Origin: an uncultured delta proteobacterium
GTDB taxonomy: Bacteria > Desulfobacterota > Zymogenia > Zymogenales > Zymogenaceae
DNA length: 64,000 nucleotides
NCBI GenBank assembly: GCA_963735595.1
Contig: CAVTLK010000005.1
Coordinates: forward strand, 640,001 to 704,000
Reading direction: 5' to 3'
In this document: positions 49,774 to 58,517 of the stretch, in pieces
Layout of the letters: every line of letters begins with the position of its first letter
Numbering within the stretch: the first letter of the stretch is position 1
Translations under genes and position numbers: made by a program
Notes under the pieces: generated by a model
The model's database searches: none
The model's input: the letters and a program-made list of their open reading frames with translations, nothing else
What the model was told of the DNA's origin: nothing

Positions 49774-50406
49774 ATGGGCGAGACACAGGGGATCACCCGA
49801 TTGGGGTTTCGAATCGTTCTGGACTCGCTGGCCGAAAATATCGGCGTTAATGGAAAGAATGCAATCCTTAATTTCACGAAGCTTGATCAATACATAAAAG
49901 AGCCCCCCGAGTATGACCCCGAGGGGCGTATCCCCACTGAACAATACCAGCAGCTATGGAGTGGGGTCCGCGTCATCCTTGGCAACAAGGGGTATAACTC
50001 CCTCGTATACCGGGCGGGGATAACGCTCATCGGCGACGCCAAGAAGCGGAACCCGGCCTACCAGGCTCTGGCCGAAAGCCCGCAGCCGCCGGTCGAAAAG
50101 CTCGTGACGCTGCTGTCTGCCTACCTTTACGCGATCGGCATGAAGCCCGAGGAGTCGATGGAGCACCTTTCCGACGACAAAACGGTCGTTATCCACCGGC
50201 CCCAGTGTAATGAGTGCGTCGAGATCTGCAAGAACGCGGAGATAACCAAGGACATCACCAAACCGGGGTGCGCGTTCATCGTCGGGGCGTTTACGGAGCT
50301 TTCCAACGTCCGCAAAGACCTCCTGACGGCCACGGTGGAGGAGACGCAGTGTAAGCTCATGGGCGCGCCGGAGTGCACGTTCGCGGTCAGGTACGAGGTG
50401 GTGTAG
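49774..50406 (+). CDS. Stand-alone V4R-domain protein 5
   Basis: IGVNGKNAILNF..PP, RPQCNEC, PGCAFIVG, VEETQCKLMGAPECTF; GGAGG RBS. Confidence 0.85.
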   Translation: MGETQGITRLGFRIVLDSLAENIGVNGKNAILNFTKLDQYIKEPPEYDPEGRIPTEQYQQLWSGVRVILGNKGYNSLVYRAGITLIGDAKKRNPAYQALAESPQPPVEKLVTLLSAYLYAIGMKPEESMEHLSDDKTVVIHRPQCNECVEICKNAEITKDITKPGCAFIVGAFTELSNVRKDLLTATVEETQCKLMGAPECTFAVRYEVV

Positions 50407-50593
50407 GGGAGGAGTTGATATATAGGGCGGAAACGAAACGGACACCATGAATGGCGTCCCGGCGGATTTTTCGCAGGACGGCCCTGCGGCCCGTAGGGAA
50501 GCGGTTTATCGCCCCCGTTTGATTGGCCGCCCTTACGCTGACAGAAGTTACTGTCGTTTGCCGTATCTATTGTCTTATCCGGAGTAGTGACTC

Positions 50594-50992
50594 ATGATTA
50601 TGGGGCCCGCGCCGCTCTGTCTGAAGTGCGTCCGTTTTCACGAGGATAGCAGCGGACATTTTGCCTGCGATGCCTTCCCGGAGGGGATACCGGACGAGAT
50701 CGTCCTGGGAGGCTTCAACCATAACCGGCCGTTTCCCGGCGACAACGGCATGCGTTTCCTGGCGCGGGTGAAGTTCGCCGTGGTCGGCCCTGAAGGAGCG
50801 ACGTTTTCCCCCTTCGCACAGGAAGTTTTCGGCAGGGTCATTATGGGAGCGGCCGACGAGCGGTTCGTGACGCGGATGCGCACGCTCATTGCCGAGATCG
50901 ACCGGATTGTTTCCGGGCTCACCCCCGAAGACCAGAAGAGGATATGGAAGGCATTTTACCGGATCGCCGATGATCTGCTGACAAAACGGTAG
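50594..50992 (+). CDS. Hypothetical protein with CxxC...CxAFPxGIP...H..P..GDNG motif
   Basis: CLKC...ACDAFPEGIPDEI..GFNHNRPFPGDNGMRF; GGAG RBS. Confidence 0.7.
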   Translation: MIMGPAPLCLKCVRFHEDSSGHFACDAFPEGIPDEIVLGGFNHNRPFPGDNGMRFLARVKFAVVGPEGATFSPFAQEVFGRVIMGAADERFVTRMRTLIAEIDRIVSGLTPEDQKRIWKAFYRIADDLLTKR

Positions 50993-51021
50993 CATATATG
51001 AAACCGGTTTCGGCGCAGTTA

Positions 51022-51091
51022 GGAGGCGCAACGCATGCTCATGGGCGCGCCTGAGTGCACGTTCAACGTCACGCACGAGGTGGTGTAGGGG
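51022..51091 (+). pseudogene. Degenerate 3'-end remnant of a V4R gene
   Basis: EAQRMLMGAPECTFNVTHEVV-stop versus ETQCKLMGAPECTFAVRYEVV-stop; same gtgtagggga end. Confidence 0.75.
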
Positions 51092-51360
51092 AGCGAGAAG
51101 GGGAGAGACGTCATTTTGTGACACTATCCACTCGGTGACAGATATTCTTTTGCACGTTGTCTATACGATACCCGTTACCAGCCAACACATCCGGCAAGCT
51201 AATCGACTATTAGTATCATAAAATGAACTATCACCGCAATAATTGATGTCTATGCTTCAAGATTTCCGTGCTCATACTTGGTACGTCATTTACTTAAATA
51301 GTATTTGGATTATGAAGCTTTTAACTCCCTTATTGCAGATCGAAACCGTGGAGGTTACGA

Positions 51361-51993
51361 ATGGGCGAAATACAGGGAATTACCCGATTGGGATTCAGGC
51401 TCGTCATGGACTCGATCGAGGACAGTATCGGCACTAACGGAAAGAACGCGATCCTCAACTATACGAAACTCGATCAGTATATCAAGACCCCCCCCGACTA
51501 CGACCCCGAGCAGCGGATAACCACCGAGGAGTACCAGCGCTTCTGGAGCGGGGTCCGTGTCATCCTCGGGAACAGGGGCTATAACCCCGTAGTCTTCCGG
51601 GCGGGGATTAGCGCGGTAAAAGACGCGCAAAAAAGGAATCCGGCCTATCGTGCCCTGATCGAGAGCCCGCAACAACCTGTCGAAAAGCTCGTGACACTGC
51701 TGTCCGCCTACATCTACATGTTCGGCATGAAACCTGAAGAGACGCTGGGGCACTTCCCCGACGAGAAAACATTTCTCATCCACCGGCCCCAATGCAACGA
51801 GTGCGTCGAAATCTGTAAGGATAAAGAGATAACAAAAGATATTACCAGGCCGGGATGCGCCATCGTAGTCGGGGCGCTTACCGAGCTTACCAACTCCCGC
51901 CCTGACCTGATGAAGACAACCGTCGAGGAGACGCAGTGTAAGCTCATGGGCGCGCCGGAGTGCACGTTCGTAGTCAGGTACGAGGTGGTGTAG
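51361..51993 (+). CDS. Stand-alone V4R-domain protein 6 (close paralog of 5)
   Basis: Same length and motifs as 49774..50406; GGAGG RBS. Confidence 0.87.
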   Translation: MGEIQGITRLGFRLVMDSIEDSIGTNGKNAILNYTKLDQYIKTPPDYDPEQRITTEEYQRFWSGVRVILGNRGYNPVVFRAGISAVKDAQKRNPAYRALIESPQQPVEKLVTLLSAYIYMFGMKPEETLGHFPDEKTFLIHRPQCNECVEICKDKEITKDITRPGCAIVVGALTELTNSRPDLMKTTVEETQCKLMGAPECTFVVRYEVV

Positions 51994-52035
51994 GGCGGTA
52001 CGAAGAGGACGCCGTACATGGCGTCCACTGCGTTC

Positions 52036-52608
52036 CTATTTCAACATCGTGTATCCTTCGGGGAGTTTGAACAACGAATCATCGAGCCGACCCGTCTTGA
52101 TATTCCTATATTCCTTCATCAGGTAGCGGTATCTCGTCTTCAGCTCGATCTTAACCGGGTAATCGATCTCCCGGGCACGCCAGGCCGTGAGCGTCCCCCG
52201 GGCGGGATCGTCATATCGGTAGAAATGGATATCACAGGCCAATCCCCCTACGGTCTCGGTCCCGAGAGATTCGACCGTCGCGATTTCGATGAGCCGCGGA
52301 TTTATCTCCGGGACGATGAAATCATCGTCGTCACTGTCCCACTCCTCGTCGTAAGCCCCATGCTGTGGGAAGATCGTCCACTGGGCGCCAAAATCGGCGC
52401 GGTAGATGATGACCTTCCCGCCCGCTCCAGTCATCAGCTCGTACCGGACGCTGGTGCCCTTGACGTACGCCGTGCCTTCGTGTTTCGCGCCGTTTTGATC
52501 GATGGAAACGTCCGCCGTAAACTCGGCGCATTGGGCGATCGGGGCGCAGAAGAGGATGAAGGAAACGGCCGCCATGAGGATGATTGTCCTTTTTACGTCG
52601 GTACGCAT
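52036..52608 (-). CDS. Exported DUF4412/LolA-like protein
   Basis: Signal peptide then AEFTAD, VRYE, LGTETVGG..C, YPVK, SLFKLPEGY. Confidence 0.7.
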   Translation of the reverse strand: MRTDVKRTIILMAAVSFILFCAPIAQCAEFTADVSIDQNGAKHEGTAYVKGTSVRYELMTGAGGKVIIYRADFGAQWTIFPQHGAYDEEWDSDDDDFIVPEINPRLIEIATVESLGTETVGGLACDIHFYRYDDPARGTLTAWRAREIDYPVKIELKTRYRYLMKEYRNIKTGRLDDSLFKLPEGYTMLK

Positions 52609-52628
52609 CCCTCCACCTCCTTCTGCCG

Positions 52629-52700
52629 AATTAAGGGGACACCATACTTAATTACTATTCAAGTATGGTTCCCCTTAATTGCAGTTGCGTCCCCTTAATT
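52629..52700. repeat. AATTAAGGGGACACCATACTT inverted repeat plus a third partial arm
   Basis: 52629..52649 pairs with 52661..52680; gtccccttaatt recurs at 52689..52700. Confidence 0.7.
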
Positions 52701-52707
52701 CCAAATC

Positions 52708-53280
52708 TTATTTCAGCATGCTGTAGTCCGGGGGAAGCTCAAAAAGCGAGTCCTTGAGAGAACCCCTCTTGATGTTCCGATATTCTTTCGTCAGACGATG
52801 GGTGTCCGTTTTGAGTTCTACCTTCACCGGGTAGCTCAGGTTAATCGCGCGATAGACGGTAAGCGTCCCCTGCGACGGGTTGACAAAACGGTAGAACTCC
52901 ACATCACACACGACTCCGGCGACCGTCTCCGTTCCGAGCGCCTCTTTTGTCGCGACCTCGCCGAGCCTGCGGTTGGCCTCCGGCACGATGAAATCATCGT
53001 CGTCGTAGTCCCACTCCTCATCGTAGACCTCCCCTGCCGGGAAGATTGTCCACTGGGCGCCGAAATCGGCGCGGTAGATAACGATCTCTTCGCCGGCCTC
53101 GGTCGTCAACTCGTACCTGACGTTACCGTCTTTTACATACGCCTTGGCGGCATATTTCAAGCCGTCTTTATCGATGGCAACGTCCGCCGTAAATTCGGCG
53201 CACCATGCGGCGGAAGTCAGGATGATCCCCCCGGCAAGGGCCGCGGCAAGACAGAAAGCGCTTCTGATAATCCTACCCAT
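52708..53280 (-). CDS. Exported DUF4412/LolA-like protein, tandem paralog
   Basis: Same length (190 aa) and motifs as the neighbour. Confidence 0.7.
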   Translation of the reverse strand: MGRIIRSAFCLAAALAGGIILTSAAWCAEFTADVAIDKDGLKYAAKAYVKDGNVRYELTTEAGEEIVIYRADFGAQWTIFPAGEVYDEEWDYDDDDFIVPEANRRLGEVATKEALGTETVAGVVCDVEFYRFVNPSQGTLTVYRAINLSYPVKVELKTDTHRLTKEYRNIKRGSLKDSLFELPPDYSMLK

Positions 53281-53356
53281 ATTGAGATACTCCCAAGTAA
53301 TACTGATAGGTTATTCTACTATCGGAAGCGCGGCAGGTCAAGCCTCGGCTTGCCTC

Positions 53357-54307
53357 TTACTGTTCCTTTATCGGGGCGGGTGGTTTTTGGGCAAGGCGGT
53401 AGATGACAAAAGTGCCGGAATCCTTTTTGTGGTAGTAGAGCGAACCGTCGGGTGCAACGGTCGGCGCCTCGACGAATCCGTCTGCCGCACGGATCAGCGC
53501 CGGTCGCCCGAAGGGCGCCCCGACCCTATCCCGAGTCGTGACGTAGATCCCGACGTGGATCGGCACGAGGCCCGCCAGGTGTCTCAGACGGGTGAAAAAG
53601 AGGGTCAGCCCGTCGGCCGAGGTCGCCGGTGCGTATTCGAGGGCGCCTGAGTTGACCTCGCGCATAATCGCGGCAGCCGCGAGATCGGGAGCAAAGCCCA
53701 ATCCCATCCGCCGGGCCGCCAGGATGTCGGCCGCCTCCGGCAGACCGCGTCCGGGGACGATCCTGCCGTGAACGTAATAGAGGGTCGTGCCGTCCGCGCT
53801 TATCTCAGCGTCGAAGTTCGCGTACGGGGGCCTCCCCTTCGCGATACCCGCTACCGGCTCGACGGCCGCGACCACGCCGTCGGAAAAGGGGCCGTGGAAG
53901 ATCAACGAGAAGGTCCGAGCATAGTCGCGCGTCGAGACGAAGTAGAAGACGCCGTCCCCGTCCATCGAGGCCACGGCGTCAAGCGCCGTTGAGTTGATCC
54001 CGGCGACCTCCCCGAGGTAATCGAACGTCAGGTCGTCTATCCGCCGGGCCCAGAAGAGGTTGGTATCCACCGACGGGTCGTTGCTGTTGTTGAAGAAGAG
54101 ATATGCCCCGTCGCGACTGATGAACGGCTCCATCGCGTCGCCGGAGTAGCCCAGAATGGTGACGGGCCGGGGGTTGGCATAGGATACCGAGATCGTCTCA
54201 GCGACGGACGTATCGGAGGCGGGGGCTGAGCAGGTGGCTGAGGCGCAGAGGAGCGCGAAGGAAAGGACCGCCGTGAGGGTAATTGTCCGTTTCATACCGA
54301 TAGGCAT
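53357..54307 (-). CDS. Exported TolB-like / PD40 beta-propeller protein
   Basis: Repeats EPFISRDGAYLFF, AEISADGTTLYY, APATSADGLTLFF, APTVAPDGSLYY. Confidence 0.75.
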   Translation of the reverse strand: MPIGMKRTITLTAVLSFALLCASATCSAPASDTSVAETISVSYANPRPVTILGYSGDAMEPFISRDGAYLFFNNSNDPSVDTNLFWARRIDDLTFDYLGEVAGINSTALDAVASMDGDGVFYFVSTRDYARTFSLIFHGPFSDGVVAAVEPVAGIAKGRPPYANFDAEISADGTTLYYVHGRIVPGRGLPEAADILAARRMGLGFAPDLAAAAIMREVNSGALEYAPATSADGLTLFFTRLRHLAGLVPIHVGIYVTTRDRVGAPFGRPALIRAADGFVEAPTVAPDGSLYYHKKDSGTFVIYRLAQKPPAPIKEQ

Positions 54308-54427
54308 CTCTGCACTTCCTCTCACCGGCTGCCTTGAGTATACCGGAAATTGAAAGATTAGGGCGAAGGGGGAGGGGTCGTGATTATCGAATCCGCACGC
54401 TCCCTCCCTCTTATCCCGTCCGCTTTC

Positions 54428-55921
54428 CTACCATCCCGGGGCCCGTCTGTCGAACCAGGGGGCGGCCTTTTCCAACTGGGCCGCCAGGCAGAGCAGCCTC
54501 CCCTCGCTGCCGAACGGCGCCACGAAATGCACCCCGCAGGGGAGGCCGTCGGCCGTCCAGTGCATCGGAACGGACATCGCCGGCAGCCCCGTCAGGTTGG
54601 CAAGCTGGGTGAAGGGCGTGGCCGCAAGATTATCGATGGCAAGCTGCTCCACGATACCGGTCGCCTTCAGGAGCTTTCCCGCCCCCAGGCCGTTGACGAT
54701 CTTCATCAGCACGACTTCCGCGGGCTTGGGCTTGAGCTCCCCGATTTTTACGGGCGGTCGGGCCGTCGTCGGCGTCAGAAAGAGGTCGTATTTCTCGAAG
54801 AACGTCCCCATCACCCGCGCGGCCTTGTCCCATTCCCGGATCGCCGTCACGAATTCCCCTGCCGACATCGCCCTGCCCAAAAGCCCGAGGGTCCGGGTGA
54901 CCAGCTCAACCTCTCGCTTCGCGGCGCGCCTGCCGTACGTGTCCTTGACGACCTTGATATCGGCGGCCATTTCGCCCAGGTACATGATGAAATAGCCGAT
55001 CGCCAGATCCCTGAAGGCCACCGGGGGCGCTTTCTCCTCGATCCTGTGGCCGAGGCCGGCCAAAAGCTTTGCCGTCTTCTTTACGGCCGCGATATTTTCC
55101 TTGTCCACGGGCTTCCCGACCGGAGAGACGGTACTAAAGGCGATAGTGAGCTTACCCGGGTTCCTCCTGATCTCCTGGCTGTACGGCCGCTCGGGCGGCG
55201 CGATCACGTAGGGCGCGCCCGGGTCCGGTCCTTGTAGGCTGTCTAGCGCCGCGGCGCTGTCGCGCACCGAGCGGGAGAGCACGTGGCCCACCACGGCCCC
55301 CTGCCACAGCTCGCCGTAGTCCGGCCCGGTCGGGTTTCGGCCGCGGGAGGGCTTGAGGCCGAAGAGCGCGCAGTTGGACGACGGGATGCGGATCGACCCG
55401 CCCCCGTCGCCGCCGGAGGCCATCGGCACAAAGCCTGCCGCGATAGCCGCCGCGGACCCGCCGCTGGAGCCGCCCGGGGTGCGCTCGAGGTTCCATGGGT
55501 TGCGGCACGGTCCGAAGAGGTCCGGCTCCGTGTAGGCCACCAACCCGAACTCAGGCAGGTTCGTCTTACCGATGACCACCAGGCCCGCCTTTTTGTAGCG
55601 TTCCACCATTGCGCTGTCGCGCACAGGCACGAAGTTCCGGTAGGCGCGGCACCCGCTCGTCAGCGGCACACCGGCGTAGGCGTCCAGCAGGTCCTTGAGG
55701 AGGAACGGCACGCCCGTAAACGGCCCGTTGGGGAGTTTGCCTTTTGCGGCCTTGCGGCCGATGTCATACATGGCGTGGATAACGGCGTTGAGCTTCGGGT
55801 TTCCGGCCTCGATACGGCCGATCGCCTCCTCCACGAGCTCGGCGGGCGAGACCTTCTTCTTCTTTACCAGGTCAGCCAGCCCCAGGGCATCGTATTTTAC
55901 GTATTCTTTAATGCCGGCCAT
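54428..55921 (-). CDS. Amidase-signature family enzyme
   Basis: [33 protein letters not shown]. Confidence 0.93.
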   Translation of the reverse strand: MAGIKEYVKYDALGLADLVKKKKVSPAELVEEAIGRIEAGNPKLNAVIHAMYDIGRKAAKGKLPNGPFTGVPFLLKDLLDAYAGVPLTSGCRAYRNFVPVRDSAMVERYKKAGLVVIGKTNLPEFGLVAYTEPDLFGPCRNPWNLERTPGGSSGGSAAAIAAGFVPMASGGDGGGSIRIPSSNCALFGLKPSRGRNPTGPDYGELWQGAVVGHVLSRSVRDSAAALDSLQGPDPGAPYVIAPPERPYSQEIRRNPGKLTIAFSTVSPVGKPVDKENIAAVKKTAKLLAGLGHRIEEKAPPVAFRDLAIGYFIMYLGEMAADIKVVKDTYGRRAAKREVELVTRTLGLLGRAMSAGEFVTAIREWDKAARVMGTFFEKYDLFLTPTTARPPVKIGELKPKPAEVVLMKIVNGLGAGKLLKATGIVEQLAIDNLAATPFTQLANLTGLPAMSVPMHWTADGLPCGVHFVAPFGSEGRLLCLAAQLEKAAPWFDRRAPGW

Positions 55922-56076
55922 GGATTTCTCCTTATGAATGAAAGGGAATGATGAAATTAGTGAAACAGAGATAACTAATCGCTATCTATTACCTACCGGG
56001 AACACAATACGTATAGAAATGATTCCAAACTGCAAATCAGTTATCTATCGATACAGCATCGCGCTACGTGCTGCGC

Positions 56077-56601
56077 CTACCACCGTAAACTCACCAGCCA
56101 CAGCATAAGGCCGGCCACCAGGACGTTGAAGGCCATCGAGACGTTACCCCACGAGTAGTTCTTCTTAATGACTGCCTCGATGATGTGATTGACGGCCGAG
56201 CCCGCCTTGAAGACAAAGACGGTGATGATGAGCGCCGACCGGAACTGGATCGTACTGAAAAATTCGACCTGGGTGGCCAGCAGGGCAGCGACGGCAAAAC
56301 CAAGGTGAACGAACCCTACCTCCCGTTGGAAATTCCCGTCCCCTCGGTCGAACCCGGAAAACTCCGCGACCTTTTTCCCTAAAAAAACCAATCCTACGAA
56401 TGAGAAACAACCCTGAATATAGACCGCGTAAAAGAGAAGATTATCGAGCAGGGCATGAGGCCGATCGAGATCCGGATTGAGTGCGATTTGTACTGCCGCC
56501 GCAGCCAGTGCAATGATCGGGAGGAGAAAGATATACCACTTCCCGATAATCTCTATCAGAATATAATAGAGAATCCTTTTTGGCTTTGATTCGTTTTTCA
56601 T
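56077..56601 (-). CDS. Membrane protein (DUF6790-like)
   Basis: FQREVGFxxLG...H...NYSWGN pattern with four TMs; GGAGG RBS. Confidence 0.6.
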   Translation of the reverse strand: MKNESKPKRILYYILIEIIGKWYIFLLPIIALAAAAVQIALNPDLDRPHALLDNLLFYAVYIQGCFSFVGLVFLGKKVAEFSGFDRGDGNFQREVGFVHLGFAVAALLATQVEFFSTIQFRSALIITVFVFKAGSAVNHIIEAVIKKNYSWGNVSMAFNVLVAGLMLWLVSLRW

Positions 56602-56719
56602 GATACGCCCTCCGGCTAAGGTGTGATCCGGTCGGTCTGGCTTGAGGGGAACCACGGCTGAAGGTCCCTGCGCTTTTCAGTATACTCCCGCCGAAACGAT
56701 TGTCAAGCGTACCAATAAG

Positions 56720-57172
56720 CTAGTGTTCTTTATTGATTTCCCTGACCACGACGCGGATCCCCTTGACGGCCGTCACCTCCACGACAATCCCAACGGGGAT
56801 GTCCCCTCCCAGCTCGCTCTCGGCCCGCCAGAGCTCGCCGCCGAGACGGACGTGGCCCTTGTTCTTCCGGTTATCCACGGCGATCGTAACCGGTCCCCGC
56901 ATGCCGATCATCCGGTTCGAGCCGATCGGCGGCGGGAGCCTTTTCATGATTCTTTTCGTGATAACCAGCGCCAGGGGGAGCAGCGTGCCGGATACGATCC
57001 CAAACGCCGTCCACTGGACCGTTGGCCCGAGGCCGGCGTAGGCCAGCATCCCGGCGGTAACCGTCCCGAGTATGAACGGTACGATGAATATGCCGGGCAC
57101 GATAAGCTCCGTAACGGCCAGCAGGGCTCCCGCGGCCATCCAGATCCACCAGATTTCAACGGCAGGGGCCAT
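56720..57172 (-). CDS. NfeD-family (short) membrane protein
   Basis: WWIW..ELIVPG, C-terminal OB fold GHVRLGGELWRA...VEVTAVKG. Confidence 0.85.
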   Translation of the reverse strand: MAPAVEIWWIWMAAGALLAVTELIVPGIFIVPFILGTVTAGMLAYAGLGPTVQWTAFGIVSGTLLPLALVITKRIMKRLPPPIGSNRMIGMRGPVTIAVDNRKNKGHVRLGGELWRAESELGGDIPVGIVVEVTAVKGIRVVVREINKEH

Positions 57173-57299
57173 GATGTATATCCAGGTATGACGAAAGGAG
57201 AAGCGAAACAAATACGTACATGTAGCATACTACAGCGGAGATGATTGTCAAGAGTGTGGATGGATTGGCCGCCGTCACGAAAAAAAACGAAAAAAGTGC

Positions 57300-57346
57300 T
57301 TTACATTCTGCCGTCGCGTGTTCATAATCAGAATATACTGATTATG
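57300..57346 (+). promoter_or_regulatory. sigma70 promoter with operator palindrome over the -10 box
   Basis: TTTACA (57300-57305), 17 nt spacer, CATAAT (57323-57328); CATAATCAG-aatata-CTGATTATG at 57323..57346. Confidence 0.75.
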
Positions 57347-57394
57347 CTGATTAGTTGGTTATGTCAAGATATACCACATTTCATGGAGCTGCCG

Positions 57395-57670
57395 ATGAAC
57401 GGAGAAGATACTAAAAAGAAAGGTGCAGCCGCGGCCGGCCGGCAGCCCTCGTGCTGCCGGGTGCAGTCGATCGTATCGATCGACGAGCGGGGCCAGATGG
57501 TGCTGCCCAAGGAGATCAGGGAGCAGGCCGGCATCAAACCGGGCGACAAGCTGGCCGTGGTCAGCATGGAGCAGGACGGTAAAGTCTGCTGCATCACGCT
57601 GATGAAGATCGACGCGCTGACCGACGTGGTCAAAGGCGTCCTCGGGCCGGTTATGAAGGATATCCTGTAG
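57395..57670 (+). CDS. HgcC-like (HgcAB-associated) AbrB/MazE/SpoVT DNA-binding protein
   Basis: SCCRVQSIVSIDERGQMVLPKEIREQAGIKPGDKLAVV...VCCITLMK; the CC pairs around the AbrB fold match the HgcAB-associated family as recalled. Confidence 0.75.
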   Translation: MNGEDTKKKGAAAAGRQPSCCRVQSIVSIDERGQMVLPKEIREQAGIKPGDKLAVVSMEQDGKVCCITLMKIDALTDVVKGVLGPVMKDIL

Positions 57671-57731
57671 GCCGAAACCCGGCCGTATCCAATAAGCCCG
57701 ATAGGCTGATACGCCAATAGGAGAGATACCG

Positions 57732-58466
57732 ATGAACAAACGCGCCGCACGCACGGCGATCGGCATAGCGGTTTCCATAGGCTGGGCCTCGATGCTGGCG
57801 TTTCTCGCCTTTCTCGTGATCGGTCCCGTAAGTCCGTTGGACTTTAGCTTCAGTCAGCGCGGCCTGCTCCGGCTTGACGCGGGGCTGTCGCTCGTCTTTT
57901 TCATTCAACACAGCGTGATGATCCGTAAATCATTCCGCACGTGGATAACCCGTCCGGTCTCCCCGGAATATTTCGGCGTCCTCTACACGGTCGCCTCCGG
58001 CGTTGCGCTCCTCGCGCTCGTCGCGTTCTGGCAGGAATCCGACGTGATCATCGCCTCGGCCCACGGCGCCGTTCGATGGGCGCTACGCGCGGTGCCGGTT
58101 CTTTCCATAGCGGGGTTCGTTTGGGGCGTACGGTCGCTCAGGTTCTTCGACCCCTTCGGAACGAGCCCGATCACCAACCGCATGAGGGGCAGAGAGCCCA
58201 GGCCCATGCCGCTGGTAGCAGCGGGGCCGTACCGCTGGGTACGCCATCCCCTCTATTTCTTTATCGTGTTGATGGTCTGGGCATACCCGGACCTGACCGC
58301 CGACCGGCTGCTTTTCAACGTCCTCTGGACGGCCTGGATCGTGATCGCCTCGCTCCTGGAGGAGCGTGATCTCGTAGGCGAGTTCGGCGATTCGTACCGG
58401 CGCTATCAGAAACAGGTGCCCATGCTTATCCCGTACCGGATTCCGTCAAATGTAAAGGGGAATTAG
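57732..58466 (+). CDS. MddA/nurim-like integral membrane methyltransferase (ICMT superfamily)
   Basis: FFIQHSVMIR, FDPFG, GPYRWVRHPLY, LTADRLLF, EERDLVGEFGDSYRRYQKQVPMLIP. Confidence 0.75.
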   Translation: MNKRAARTAIGIAVSIGWASMLAFLAFLVIGPVSPLDFSFSQRGLLRLDAGLSLVFFIQHSVMIRKSFRTWITRPVSPEYFGVLYTVASGVALLALVAFWQESDVIIASAHGAVRWALRAVPVLSIAGFVWGVRSLRFFDPFGTSPITNRMRGREPRPMPLVAAGPYRWVRHPLYFFIVLMVWAYPDLTADRLLFNVLWTAWIVIASLLEERDLVGEFGDSYRRYQKQVPMLIPYRIPSNVKGN

Positions 58467-58517
58467 TACCGTACGTTCTCGCGGGGAAAACGCAATAAAC
58501 GCATAAGGAGTATAGAT

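Noticed and set aside
51022..51091. Possible DGR template repeat for the V4R C-termini
   Set aside because: Mismatches are not confined to adenines (e.g. tgt/cgc, ccg/cct, tac/cac), and no reverse transcriptase is present in the window.
56720..57172. NfeD-SPFH (stomatin) operon
   Set aside because: No SPFH partner is adjacent; the downstream gene is an unrelated membrane protein.
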